NCBI GenBank assembly: GCA_951406725.2
Contig: OX597839.1
Span: 2,356,001-2,420,000, forward strand
Reading direction: 5' to 3'
DNA: 64,000 nucleotides
From: Octopus vulgaris
Taxonomy: Eukaryota
Of the stretch, positions 43,681 to 56,236 are shown one piece after another. How positions within the stretch are numbered: position 1 is the first letter of the stretch; every line of letters begins with the position of its first letter. The translations under genes and the position numbers were made by a program. The notes under the pieces are model-generated. The model saw nothing but the letters and a program-made list of their open reading frames with translations. It made no database searches and was not told the origin of the DNA.

Positions 43681-44774
43681 TAAGTGCCACTATCACACGC
43701 AACAGCTAAATAGAGTAGATACGCAGGATGTGATATTCCCCGAGTAGAGGGTGATTGCAAAGGCAAGGCGGAAAATTCTGGTGACAGGTTCCGATCGATT
43801 TAATCGGATCCTGGTCGCTTCAGTGGTAATACTTCATTTCTTGTTGTTTAGCCACAGGTCAAGTCTTTTCGAGCAGCCATATCACCATCACTATCACCAC
43901 CATCATCATCAGAGATATTCACAGCGTGACCAGCATTTTCTCCCCAACTCCACCCGTGGTACGAAGGAGACTACATTCTGTAAAATGTCTTTACCTGAAA
44001 TAAGGAGGTACAGAGGTACGGAAGATTTAGGTACTATTTCTAATAGTGCAAACGACCAAGTAATGGCCCATTTTATTGAAGATGGTGGTAAGGTGATTTT
44101 AAAAGTGGATCTTACGAAGGACGTGTCCCTTTCTTCATTTCCGTCTTTCTTTCCCTAGCAACCTTTTTAAATATGAAAATATGTGGATTCAGGAATTGCC
44201 ACGACGGTGAGAATTGATGCTTTCGACATCCCAAGGGTGGTTCTACGCATGACCAGAGAAGGAAGGAAACGACAAGCAACTCGCTTGCAGGCTCTGATTT
44301 GAATAAATGACATAACTTAACACTTTTTACTTAATTGCAATTCGCACCGGTGTGAAAAAACAACTTGATTAATTAATTAAGTATGCATGCATGCATACAC
44401 ACACACATGAATTTTTGTATACATACATACATACACACGCACACGTTACAAAAATAATCATGTGTATATATATATATATATACACATACATGCATACACA
44501 TACATATATACACACACATGCATACACATAGATCTACACACACACACACACGTTACAAAAATAATCATGTGTATATATATATATACACACACATGCATAC
44601 ACATACATATATACACACACATGCATACATACACATATACACACATGCATACACATAGATCTATATACACACACATATGCATATACATAGATCTATATAC
44701 ACACACATGCATATACATAGATCTATACACACTCAAACATACATATATATATATATATATACACACACTGACAC

Positions 44775-44832
<58 letters not shown>

Positions 44833-44854
44833 AGAGAGAGAGGCAAAGTGGCTG

Positions 44855-45232
44855 AGTTCCTTTTGAGCACTGGGACTCAAGGAAGCAAAGTAGCTGAGCT
44901 CCTTTTGAGTGTTGGGCCTCACGGAGGCAATGACCAGGACCTTTGGCATTTTGTCACGCTTGAGAAGAAGACCCATCAAGCCAAGCAAAATCGCAGTCAT
45001 GACAGATACCAGTGTCACACAAATCGGCACCTGTGCTGGTGGCACATAAACACACCCCAGTGTCACGCAAATGGCACCCATGCTGGTGACATGGAAGAGC
45101 AACCATTACACACTCAGTGGTTGGCATTAGGAAGGGCATCCAGCCGTAGAAAACCATGCCAAATCAGACTGGAGTCTGGTACAGCCTTCTAGCATGCCAG
45201 CTTGGACAACAGACGCTAAATGATGATGATGA
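44855..45232 (+). mobile_element. RTE-like LINE 3' end / RTE-tail element
   Basis: Similar to the 3' end of the RTE at 53017-53094; gagtggttggcattaggaagggcatccagccgtagaaa-like block; (ATG)n tail. Confidence 0.6.
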
Positions 45233-45722
45233 TTTACATATCCACATTCACATATACACAGATGTACACATACATGCACAAATACATTTATAGATACATA
45301 TTAATACATATATACATACATACAAATTTTCTGAGGAAAATCTTCACAGAGACTTCAAAATTTCAGGTAATTAGCTGTCAACATATAATGAACAGAGACT
45401 TTGAAGTCACTATCAAAGTTTTCCTTGTAAAACTTAACATGGTACTGTACATTAAGGAGTGATACATGACTTTCATGTTCAATTGTTTTCATATCATTGG
45501 GACTCCCTGAGGCCCAACGCTCAAAAGGAACTCAGCTACTTTGCCTATTGATATATATATATATATATAAATAAAGGTGTCTGAGTGTGTGTATATATAT
45601 GTCTGAGTGTGTATATACATATATATATAAAATATTATTAGAGACAAAACCACTATTTTGCAAAACAAACAAGGAAAGACTTAATCAATACATAAAATTT
45701 TAATAAATAGTCAAAAAAACCG

Positions 45723-45765
45723 CCACTACAATCGTTTCTTGTCTTGATCGACAATCTTCAGGTGG
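45723..45765 (-). ncRNA. Minimal type I hammerhead ribozyme (mirror copy)
   Basis: Reverse complement of 45826-45868 in the left arm of the palindrome. Confidence 0.85.
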
Positions 45766-45825
45766 ACTTCCAATAAGTCAGTTTCAAATTATGAAGTCAT
45801 AATTTGAAACTGACTTATTGGAAGT

Positions 45826-45868
45826 CCACCTGAAGATTGTCGATCAAGACAAGAAACGATTGTAGTGG
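45826..45868 (+). ncRNA. Minimal type I hammerhead ribozyme
   Basis: ccac-CTGAAGA-ttgtc(gatcaa)gacaa-GAAA-cgattg-TA-gtgg: full canonical core, 5-bp helix II, short near-palindromic helix III, GTA cleavage triplet. Confidence 0.85.
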
Positions 45869-46891
45869 CGGTTTTTTTGACTATTTATTAAAATTTTATG
45901 TATTGATTAAGTCTTTCCTTGTTTGTTTTGCAAAATAGTGGTTTTGTCTCTAATAATATTTTATAATATTTTACTATAAAATTGGATTTAATCCTAAATC
46001 TGATTTTTTTCCCTGTAAATTTGGATTTATTCCCTAATATTTATTATTATATATATATATATATATATTACGTGACCGACCAGACCATCAGATGTTGTTA
46101 CACATCGCTGGTCACAATGCGTTCGCATTGTTTTAGCCTTCGAATGACGCCACCCCGCTGGCTAAGCGAGCAGGCCAACAGAAGAAAGAGTGGTGAAAGA
46201 GTACAGCAGGGATCACCACCCCCTGCCGGAGCCTCGTGGAGCTTTTAGGTGTTTTCGCTCAATAAATACACACAACGCCCGGTCTGGGAATCGAAACCGC
46301 GATCATGCGACCGCTAGTCCGCTGCCCTAACCACTATATATGACTGAGTGTGTATATACAGATGATAAGGGTTCCAGTTGATCCGATCGATGGAACAGCA
46401 TGCTCGTCAAATTAACATGCAAGTGGCTGAGCACTCCACAGACATGTGTACCCTTAATGTAGTTTTAAGAGAGATTCAGCATGGCACAGAATGTGACAAA
46501 GTCAGCCCTTTGAAATACAGGTAGTACACATTTTTGCTAGCTGAGTGGACTGGAGCAATGTGGAATAAAGTGCCTTGCTCAAAGACACAATGCATCGCCA
46601 GGAATTGAACTCACAACCTCACAATCATGGGCCAAATACCCTAACCACTAAGCCACACACCTTCACTGTTTTCATATCACTCTTTTACTTGTTTCAGTCA
46701 TTTGACTGCAGCCATGCTGGAGCACCGCCTTTAATCGAGCAACTCGACCCCGGAACTTATTCTTTTGTAAGCCCAGTACTTATTCTATCGGTCTCTTTTG
46801 CCGAACCGCTAAGTAACGGGGACATAAACACACCAGCATCGGTTGTCAAGCAATGCTAGGGGGACAAACAGACACACAAACACACACATGC

Positions 46892-46924
<33 letters not shown>

Positions 46925-47054
46925 TACGACAGGCTTCTTTTCAGTTTCCGTCTACCAAATCCACTCACAAGGCTTTGGTCGGCCCGAGGCTATAGTAGAA
47001 GAAACTTGACCAAGGTGTCACGCAGTGGGACTGAACCCGGAACCATATATACGT

Positions 47055-47520
47055 ACACTTTGCACTGGTTTGGACATGTGATGCATGTGGATGAGGACAG
47101 CAGCATAAAGAAGTGCTGAGCTCTAATGTGGTGGGAAACTGTGGAAGGGGTAGACTCTCAAAGATGTGGGACGAAATGGTGAGAATGGATCTTCAGACAG
47201 TGGGCCTCACTGAGAAAATAACAAGGGTCCAGGAGTTGTGGCGATTTGCCGTAGTTGGGAAGATGCATCAAGCTAAGTAAAATCACAGTCGTCCATACAA
47301 TCAGGCATGTCCTTTACAGGTGCCACTGCCACATGAATGCGCTCATGCCAGTGCCACATGAATGCACTCATTCCGGTGCCACATGAAAACACTTGTGCCA
47401 GAGCCACATTAATGCACTCATGCCAATTCCACATGAATGCAGTCATGCCAGTGCCACATGAATGCAGTCATGCCGGTGCTACATGAATGCACCCGGCACA
47501 TTCTGTAAAGTGGTTGGCAT
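47055..47520 (+). mobile_element. RTE-like LINE 3' fragment with a 25-bp minisatellite
   Basis: LHWFGHVMHVDEDSSIKKC; about 7 copies of gccacatgaatgcactcatgccagt at ~47328-47495. Confidence 0.7.
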
Positions 47521-47524
47521 TCAT

Positions 47525-49019
47525 CCATGAACAGCAATGAATTTTGGGCATGGAATAGTTGTGCTGTTCTTTGCCCAAACACTTTTGTCAGCCCACAGCT
47601 GCGTGAGTTCATATGTGGGATTGATCCCCTTTTGGAGATTTTCATATGTTATTGATCCCCTGATAAGTAAATATTCTTTGGGACCTTGATTTTAGACACG
47701 TTTTTCAATCCTGTAAGGATAATCATTGTTTTTAACACCTTTCCTGCAGCATTAACACACAACACAGCAGTAAAACGAGCTTTGGTAGCACCACAGTGGA
47801 TAGCATCTACATTTTTATTGCCAGCAAAGTCTATGGTTGTTAAACTCAACATGTCAACATATACAGGTGTTTCATCCATATTATAAATCTGGTCAATGGA
47901 GGCGCAATGGCCCAGTGGTTAGGGCAGCGGACTCGCGGTCATAGGATCGCGGTTTCGATTCCCAGACCGGGCGTTGTGAGTGTTTATTGAGCGAAAACAC
48001 CTAAAGCTCCACGAGGCTCCGGCAGGGGATGGTGGTGATCCCTGCTGTACTCTTTCACCACAACTTTCTCTCACTCTTACTTCCTGTTTCTGTTGTACCT
48101 GTATTTCAAAGGGCCGGCCTTGTCACTCTCTGATTCGGATCAACCAGAACCCTCGTCATCGTAGCCGACGGAGTGCTTCCTCAAATCTGGTCAGCATCCT
48201 TATCTGCCTGTTAATACTGGAATGCTATATAGATAGTCACTGGTGATTTGTGCCTTTTCTCCAAGAGTTTTATTGTCTGCTTCACCAACATGTGTAATCT
48301 TTCTCACACCCAGTTTAATCCGTTTCATGAAATCGAAAATCCATTTATCAGAACATCTAAAGCTGTTCATTCCAATTTCAAACTGTTTTTTTACCAATTC
48401 AAAAGCATATTCCTGTAAACGGCAATAATTTACAATTATATTGTTTGCACGCTGAACAACAATCCACTGTAAGAGTCCAGTCTCTAGATCTCTATGTGCT
48501 GGTCCTCTACCCTCCACCAATTGATCTGCATCTCCTCTTGTCTGACATATTGATTAACTCAGTTTCTTTTTGTGCACCATTCTCTCAATCGTTTTCTATC
48601 AATACCTAAGTCTTTTGACGCAGCAGATAAATTGCCAGAATGTTCTTTCACTCATTTAATAGCACCCAATTTTTCACTAATGGTATATGATCATTGAACA
48701 TGTTTTGATATATTTTCTTTCGACTCCATTTATTGGGAATAAAAATCAGATCACGTAGCAATGACGACGAATATAATCGGATCAGACAAGTGGTGTGATG
48801 CAGCCGACGAACTATCAGATAGCGATAATCCATCAAAGGGTGTTACATTACTCCAACAACGAAATACAGCTAGTGCCAAACAGAGCAAATGAACGTCTAA
48901 ACAGAATGCAAACAAGAACACTAACTCTGTCTCAACTTTTAACCACAAATAACCACCCATCCAAATAAAATGCCCATGGGTGATCTAACGGATAGGCAGA
49001 TTTTCGGAAAACCCTGGTA
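47525..49019 (-). mobile_element. pogo/Tigger-like DNA transposon relic (CENP-B-type HTH plus DDE start)
   Basis: LETGLLQWIVVQR...FRCSDKWIFDFMKR and MDETPVY...RFTAVLCVNAAGKVLKTMIIL. Interrupted by SINE 47899-48182 (TSD aaatctggtca). Putative end taccagggttttccg at ~49019. Confidence 0.85.
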
Positions 49020-50019
49020 TATTTTCTGTTGAAAATTTTGAAGACTGCGGAATAAATGATAATCAGATAGGACAATGTCTGGCAAATATGGTGGGTGAGG
49101 CCTTTTTTCCCATTCAAACTGTTCCAGCCTTTGGAATGTCATCCTCACTGTATGTGACCGAGCATTATCCTGATGGAAGAACACCATTTTGTCTCAAAAC
49201 CAAAGATGGTCGTTTTTCTTCTAGTGCTGACTTAAGCCGCTCAAGCCACTCACAGATCTCCTTTGTTATCGTTGGGTTTGGGTTTAAATGTTCAAAGTGG
49301 ACTAAACCTTTCATATCCCACCAAAAAAATAACAACATCTTACGGGGGTGAAGACCTTCTTTAGCCTGGGGTACCAGTGTTTTCCTACCCACTGTTTCAG
49401 CGCTTGACATTTTTATAGAGAACCCATTTCTCATCACCAATGACTATTCAGTCCAAAAATGGTCCATTCGTGAGACATGACAGCAAAGAAGAGCACACAT
49501 TCACTCTTTGCATGCGATTAAACTCAGAAAATTTGCAGACTTTTCTGATGGCATGCAGGTGTCAATGAAAGGTTGAATGACCAAATCCAAGCTTCTCTGC
49601 TAGCTCCTCAACAGTTACAATGGGATTTTGTTCCACCAGGGTTTGCAGGACATCCTCATTGAGCTCTACAGATCTTCTAGGATGAGGCTTATCTTCTAGG
49701 CTGTAGTTTCCCACTCAGAATTTCTGGAACCACCATTGCCTGATCCTCATATACTGCATGAATATTCCTCACACTTTGCATTGCGTTGTTACCTTTATTG
49801 AATGTACAAAGCAAAATATTCTGAATATGCTCCTTTGTCACTTCCATTATAACTTTGAAAATATAACTGTTAAAATCGAACTGCACTCTTCAAAACTTGC
49901 ACTAAGAATAAGGACAAGATAAAATTACTACCTGCTTTTATAGCAAGTTGATGCAGGTAGTTTATGCAATTTTAGTTCATGCAATTGTAAAAAATGTAGT
50001 ATTTATGGGATGACCTAAT
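49020..50019 (-). mobile_element. Degenerate mariner element
   Basis: MEVTKEHIQNILL..FNKG (HTH), LHPRKMLLFFWWD, FHQDNARSH and PPYLPDIVLSDYHLFRSLQN spread across frameshifts. Confidence 0.88.
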
Positions 50020-51847
50020 ACATATGCATGTATACTCTTTTACTCTTTTACTTGTTTCAGTCATTTGACTGTGGCCATGCTGGAGCACCGCCTTTAGTCG
50101 AGCAAATCGACCCTAGGACTTATTCTTTGTAAGCCCAGTACTTATTCTATTGGTCTCTTTTGCCGAACCGCTAAGTGACGGGGACGTAAACACACCAGCA
50201 TCGGTTGTCAAGCGATGCTAGAGGGACAAACACAGACACACAAACATATACACACACATACATATATATAAATATATATACGACAGGCTTCTTTCAGTTT
50301 CCGTCTACCAAATCCACTCACAAGGCTTTGGTCGGCCCGAGGCTATAGCAGAAGACACTTGCCCAAGATGCCACGCAGTGGGACTGAACCCGGAACCATG
50401 TGGTTGGTTAGCAGGCTACTTACCACACAGCCACTCTGCTATGAGACGATGGTAGTTTCTTTTAGTCGAATAAAGATGATAGCTCTGTAATTTCTGGCTG
50501 AACAATCTGCACAAATGATTTGTTTACAGTGATCAAATGTATGTGCTGCACATCAGCTCACTCCCTCCATCAAATCAATGTTGCCTTACTGAGTGCACAG
50601 TGAACCACATGCCAAATGTCAAAGTGATCGCAGAGCAGTATCAGATGAAGCGTTTTGCGCAGGAACACAATGCACCACCGAGACAATGTTTGAAGCGACA
50701 ATCTCACAGTCATGAGTGCAAGACCAGCAGTCACTCATGTACACCAGTCTCCTCACTCCACGCCACCGATGTTGTCCAAGGGAATGGCAAAGGGGCCGAT
50801 ACAGCTTGGCACTACTGACATCACAGCTCATTTCTACAGCTGAGTGAACTGGAGCAATGTGAAATAAAGTGTCTTGCACAAGAACACAGCACACAGCCCG
50901 GTCCAGGAATTGAACTCACTACCTCATGATTGTGAATCCAATGCCCTAACCACTGAGCCATGTGCCTTCACATATAAACATTCTTTTATTTGTCACAGAC
51001 CAGGCTGTGTTGTGTTCTTGAGCAAGACACTCTGTTTCGTGTTGTTCCACTTCACTCAGCTGTAGTAATGAGTTGCGATGTCACTGGTGCCAAGCTGTAT
51101 TGACCTTTGCCTTTCCTTTGGATATCTTGCCTGGGCTCCTCAGAATGGAACTTTCTAGGTGCAATTCCATGGCTATTCATGACCGAAGGGGGTCTTTACC
51201 CCTTATCCTATATACGTGTGTGTGTGAGTGTGTGCAGGCCCAGATATGGCTGTGTGTTTAAGAAATTTGCTTTGGAATTACACAGATTGGGATTTGCTCC
51301 CACCCCATGGATACCAATCAGCTGGTGTCCTTTACTATAGCCAGAAGCTGACAAATAACTTGTGAGCAAAATCTGGAAGAGGTCCATCATATATGTTTAT
51401 AAGAGGATATTTATATGTTTGTGTGTGTGTCTCTCTCATGGAGAGTGTAATCACCAAAGCTTTGCCATTCATGCTGTGTCATTCACAGGCAGTCCTTTGC
51501 AAAAGCGTATTATCTGAGTCACTTGATATGTCTTGACATGAATGTGCTGATTATAAACAAAGTGTCACTATTCACACAAACAGTGGAGTTTGTTTACAGT
51601 TCTCCACAGAAGCATATCCAGCTTGTTTAGACTGGCAGAATTGTTACCTTCTTTGGAAACAGGTGAAGGTCAATGACAGGAAGGGCACCCAACCGAGGAA
51701 GAAACTGCCTCAATGAAGGCTCATCTGATCCATGGAAATATGGAAAAGTAGACATTAATAACATGATAGTGGTTATGATAAAGCTATATAGACACATATA
51801 TGTGTATACATACACACACACACACATGTGTATACATACACACACAC

Positions 51848-51879
<32 letters not shown>

Positions 51880-52148
51880 ATATATATACAGTGGAGAAGG
51901 CTAGCCACTGGATTTGGTTAAAAAGAGACGATGAGTGATGGCTAGAAGGATATTGAGTTTAACTTCATAACCAGCTGATCTAGCAAGCGGGGCCTCATAT
52001 CAGTGAGGGGGGGGCGGTGCGCAGTGACACCGTCGAGAAGTAGGCCCCGAAACGGCGCGCATTCTCTCCTGATGACCCCATACACTTGCTGGCTTCCGGT
52101 ATACAGAGCTTTTGACTGGTAGCACTTGCATGTGCAAGTTGTTTGCAA

Positions 52149-52185
<37 letters not shown>

Positions 52186-52189
<4 letters not shown>

Positions 52190-53360
52190 AGTTTCAAGTG
52201 TGGAAACAAGGATTAGAATCGAAGGGCCTTAGAGTCAACGTAGCTAAAACCAAAGTCCTAATAAGTAGTAAGGCAGGCAAACCACAAATCCCTTCAGGTA
52301 GATGGCCCTGCTCGATCTGTAGTAGAGGTGTAGGTAGAAACTCTGTAAGATGTACCCAGTGTAAGCTATGGACACATAAGAGGTGCAGTAATATCAAAGG
52401 AAGGCTAACTGGGAAGATAACTTTTGTATGTGGCAGATGCTCAGGTGCAATAAACACTGAAAATGCATAGAAAACAACTTCAGCCACATTCCAGGAAGGG
52501 AAACTAGAAGTAGTTGATAGCTTCCGTTACCTAGGTCACCAAGTCAGTAGAGGGGGAGGGTGCTCTGAAAGTGTAGCAGCTAGAATAAGAATAGCTTGGG
52601 CAAAGTTCAGAGAGCTCTTACCCCTGCTGGTGACAAAAGGCCTCTCGCTCAGAGTAAAAGGTAGACTGTATGACGCATGTGTACAAACAGCCATGCTACA
52701 TGGCAGTGAAACATGGGCTGTGACTGCTGAGGGCATGCGTAAGCTCACAAGGAATGAAGCCAGTATGCTCCGATGGATGTGTAATGTCAGTGTGCATACT
52801 CGACAGAGTGTTAGTACCTTGAGAGAAAAGTTGGACCTAAGAAGCATCAGATGTGGTGTGCAAGAGAGATGACTGTGCTGGTATGGTCATGTAGCAAGAA
52901 TGGATGAGGATAGCTGTGTGAAAAAGTGCCACACCCTAGCGGCTGAGGGAATCTGTGGAAGAGGCAGACCCAAGAAGACCTGGGATGAAGTGGTGAAGCA
53001 TGACCTTCAAACTTTAGGCCTCACCAACGAAATGACTAGTGACCAAGACCTTTGGAAATATGCTGTGCTTGAGAAAAACCGGCAAGCCAAATGAGACCAT
53101 AACCTCGTGGCCTATGCCAGGGGCATAACCAGCCCACTTGTGTGTACCTTTTCCTTTATTGGACACTAAACTCAGTTTGCGAAGACCTGTTGAGGCAAGT
53201 GAAATTGAAATCAAAATGAAATTCGATGACGGGCACCATACGAGCGTGATTGTTGACAGAGCGGCTAACCGGCTTCTGTGCCAGTGGCACATAAAAGGCA
53301 CCATTCGAGCGGGATCGTTACCAGCATCGCCTTAATGGCACCTGTGCCATTGGCATGTGT
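52186..53360 (+). mobile_element. 5'-truncated RTE-like LINE (RT C-terminus with Cys-rich insert)
   Basis: WKQGLESKGLRVNVAKTKV...CSIC...CTQCKLWTHKRC...FRYLG...AMLHGSETW...RGRPKKTW; internal stops present. Confidence 0.88.
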
Positions 53361-54865
53361 AAAAACCCCAGGACTTTTTTTTAAGACTAATACTTATCCT
53401 GTCAATCTCTTTTGCCACACCACAATTCCTAATAATATTTAATTATAAATTTAACATCAAATAGCTAGTGAGGTCCACCCAGGTAAAATAGGAATCAAAG
53501 GGGTCCTTAGGGAAAAAATAGTTGGGAAGCACTGTACTAGATTATTTATTCAGCCTGGGAGCTATTCACAATACTAATGAGTGTATTCATCATCATCATC
53601 ATCTTCATTGAACGTCCGTTTTCCATGCTAGTATGGGTTGGATGATTCGACCGGGGTCTGGGAAGCCAGAAGGCTGCACCAGGATCCAGCCTGATCTGGC
53701 AGTGTTTCTACAGCTGGATGCCCTTCCTAACGCCAACCACTCCGAGAGTGTAGTGGGTGCTTTTTATGTGCCACGCGAGGCTGGTCCTTATATTTCAGAG
53801 ACAGCAAATCATATCTAGGTATGTAGCTGGCTGTGAGTACACTTCATCATCAAGGCCCAAGAGGGCCAAAATGCATTTCATGTTCTTGCTAGCCACTTCT
53901 GAGATATTTTTTCATCTCCCCCCGATATATACAGGGTGTTCAGGTTAAATTTTACAATTGTTAATGTCTTTTTATTTTTTCAGAAAAAGCAAAATGTATT
54001 GGTGAACAATCAATGGTATTGTGGAGGAGCGATGGTATTTCAAGGCGGCAAGCTGGCAGAAACGTTAGCGCGCCGGGCGAAATGCGTAGCCGTATTCGTC
54101 TGCCGCTACGTTCTGAGTTCAAATTCCGCGGAGGTCGATAAATTAAGTACCAGTTACGCACTGGGGTCGATATAATCGACTTAATACCTATGTCTGTTCT
54201 TGTTTGTCCCCTCCATGTTTAGCCCCTTGTGGGTAATAAAGAAATAGGTATTGTGGAGGAGCATAAAGATTATAGCTGTAGTTAAGAAAAAGTTGGCCAA
54301 CATGGAGGAGTGGAAGCTACACTCTTTACTCTTACTCTTTTACTTGTTTCAGTCATTTGACTGTGGCCATGCTGGAGCACCGCCTTTAGCCGAGCAAATC
54401 AACCCCAGGACTTATTCTTTGTAAGCCTAGAACTTATTCTATCGGTCTCTTTCGCTGAACTGCTAAGTTATGGGGACGTAAACACACCAGCATCGGTTGT
54501 CAAGCGATGGTGGGTGGGGACAAACAGACACACACATGCATAGAAATATATATACATATATACGATGGACTGCTTTCAGTTTCCATCTATCAAATCCACT
54601 CACAAGGCTTTGGTCGACCCGAGGCTATAGTAGAAGACACTTGCCCAAGGTGCCACGCAGTGGGACTGAAACCGGAACCATGTGGTCAGTAAACAAGTGA
54701 CTTACCACACAGCCACTCGTGCTATGTGAATATTGGAAACGATTTACCTATATCGTGATGATTCATGATGGGAAGCAAAATGTAGACATGATAATGACTG
54801 CTGCTTAATGCTTTGTGAAGACTGTAAAAGCTGTAAGACGTGACACGGACATCATGTAGACTAAG

Positions 54866-55108
54866 TGATGGTTTTTGGGTGTGTTTCCAGTGAGGGCAAC
54901 AGCATGCCATCCCACATCTTTGTAAAGGGCCTCAGGATCAATTCAGACAGCTATGTGAAGCTGCTGGAGACTGTGGTTAACCCTTGGCTGGAGAGGATTG
55001 CTGCTGGAAGGCCATATGTGAGGCAGAAGGATTTGGCATCTTGCTATATCTCCAGAAAGAGTCAGAAGTGGTTGTCGGAGAATTTCTGTGACTCCAGCAG
55101 CCCCAGTT
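54866..55108 (+). mobile_element. Tc1-like transposase fragment
   Basis: VMVFGCVSSEG...INSDSYVKLLETVVNPWL...SQKWLSENF. Confidence 0.75.
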
Positions 55109-56089
55109 AGTTCTGAAAATGGCTGGACCATTTCATCACGGAACACCAAAAGTGTTGAGCCCTCTTCAGATTCTGTATCATGTCCACAGCCTCTATGTAG
55201 GCTGGAGTATCAAGCAAGGTATTTCTCAATGTATCTATTGAGGTCTTCCAGTCATGATCATGAGCTCTCAGTCACTTGTTGTGTGTGTGTGTGTGTGTGT
55301 GTAGACCAGTGTAAACCAGTTTGTTGAGTTACATCCCTTTACAGCAAATGCATAAAAGAACAATTCGACAAACAGACTAAGACATAAGCAAAGTGCAAGA
55401 ATGAAAAATAGTGGGGGGGGGGTCAATCAACGTGATTGACTAGAACACACTTGGAAGTAGCATGCCCCAGCATGGTCACAGTCCAGGAGTGAGATCAGTA
55501 AAAAGAAACAAAAAGGAATATTGATTTTTAACGGAGAAAGACATTTCAAGGGGGAAGAGGATATGGTGGTCAATGGATTTTTTTTTATTGTTGTTGCCTG
55601 TGTGTAGATGTAGTATGGCCAAATGATTAAGAAGTTTACTTTGCAATCAAAAGGCAACAGGTTCAATCTCACAGTGTGGCATCTTGGCACAAGAGTATTT
55701 TTTCATAGACTCAGGTTGACCCAAGCCTTGTAAACAAAATAGGGTAGAAGGAAATTGTGTGGAAGCTCATCAGGTGAGCTGTACATGTAAGCTGAGGGAC
55801 AAATGTGTGTGGAGTACTCAGCCACAAATACACAAATATGTTTGGGGACATAAAAAATAAACGGACATATTAGCTGTACCCCAGTTTTAGTGCATATAAT
55901 ATAGACTTTGTCTTTCATCCTTTCAGGGATGGTAAAATAAGTAGCAGTTGAACACTGGAGTCAATGTAATTGATTTAATTACTCCTGTGTATGAGTATAA
56001 AAAAAACTGCACCCCTATGCAAGACCATGTTGAACCAGTGTGACAGAGTAGGCTCATCACACCAGTATGATCTCAAATCCATGGCCCCC

Positions 56090-56236
56090 ACACCCAGCAG
56101 CAATCCTCTCCAGCCAAGGTTTAACTACAGTCTCCATTGGCTTCACATAGCTATCTGAATTGATCTTGAGGCCCTTTTCAAAGATGTGGGATGGCATGAT
56201 GTTGCCCTCACTGGAAACACACCCGAAAACCATGGT
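56090..56236 (-). mobile_element. Tc1-like transposase fragment (inverted relative to 54866)
   Basis: MVFGCVSSEGNIMPSHIFEKGLKINSDSYVKPMETVVKPWLERIAAG. Confidence 0.75.

Larger units (their letters stand above)
45626..45965. mobile_element. 340-bp palindrome, probably an inverted Penelope-like pLTR fragment
   Basis: Two ~169-bp reverse-complement arms around a 2-nt loop (ag, 45795-45796). Each arm carries a hammerhead; the element sits next to TA-rich sequence. Confidence 0.7.
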
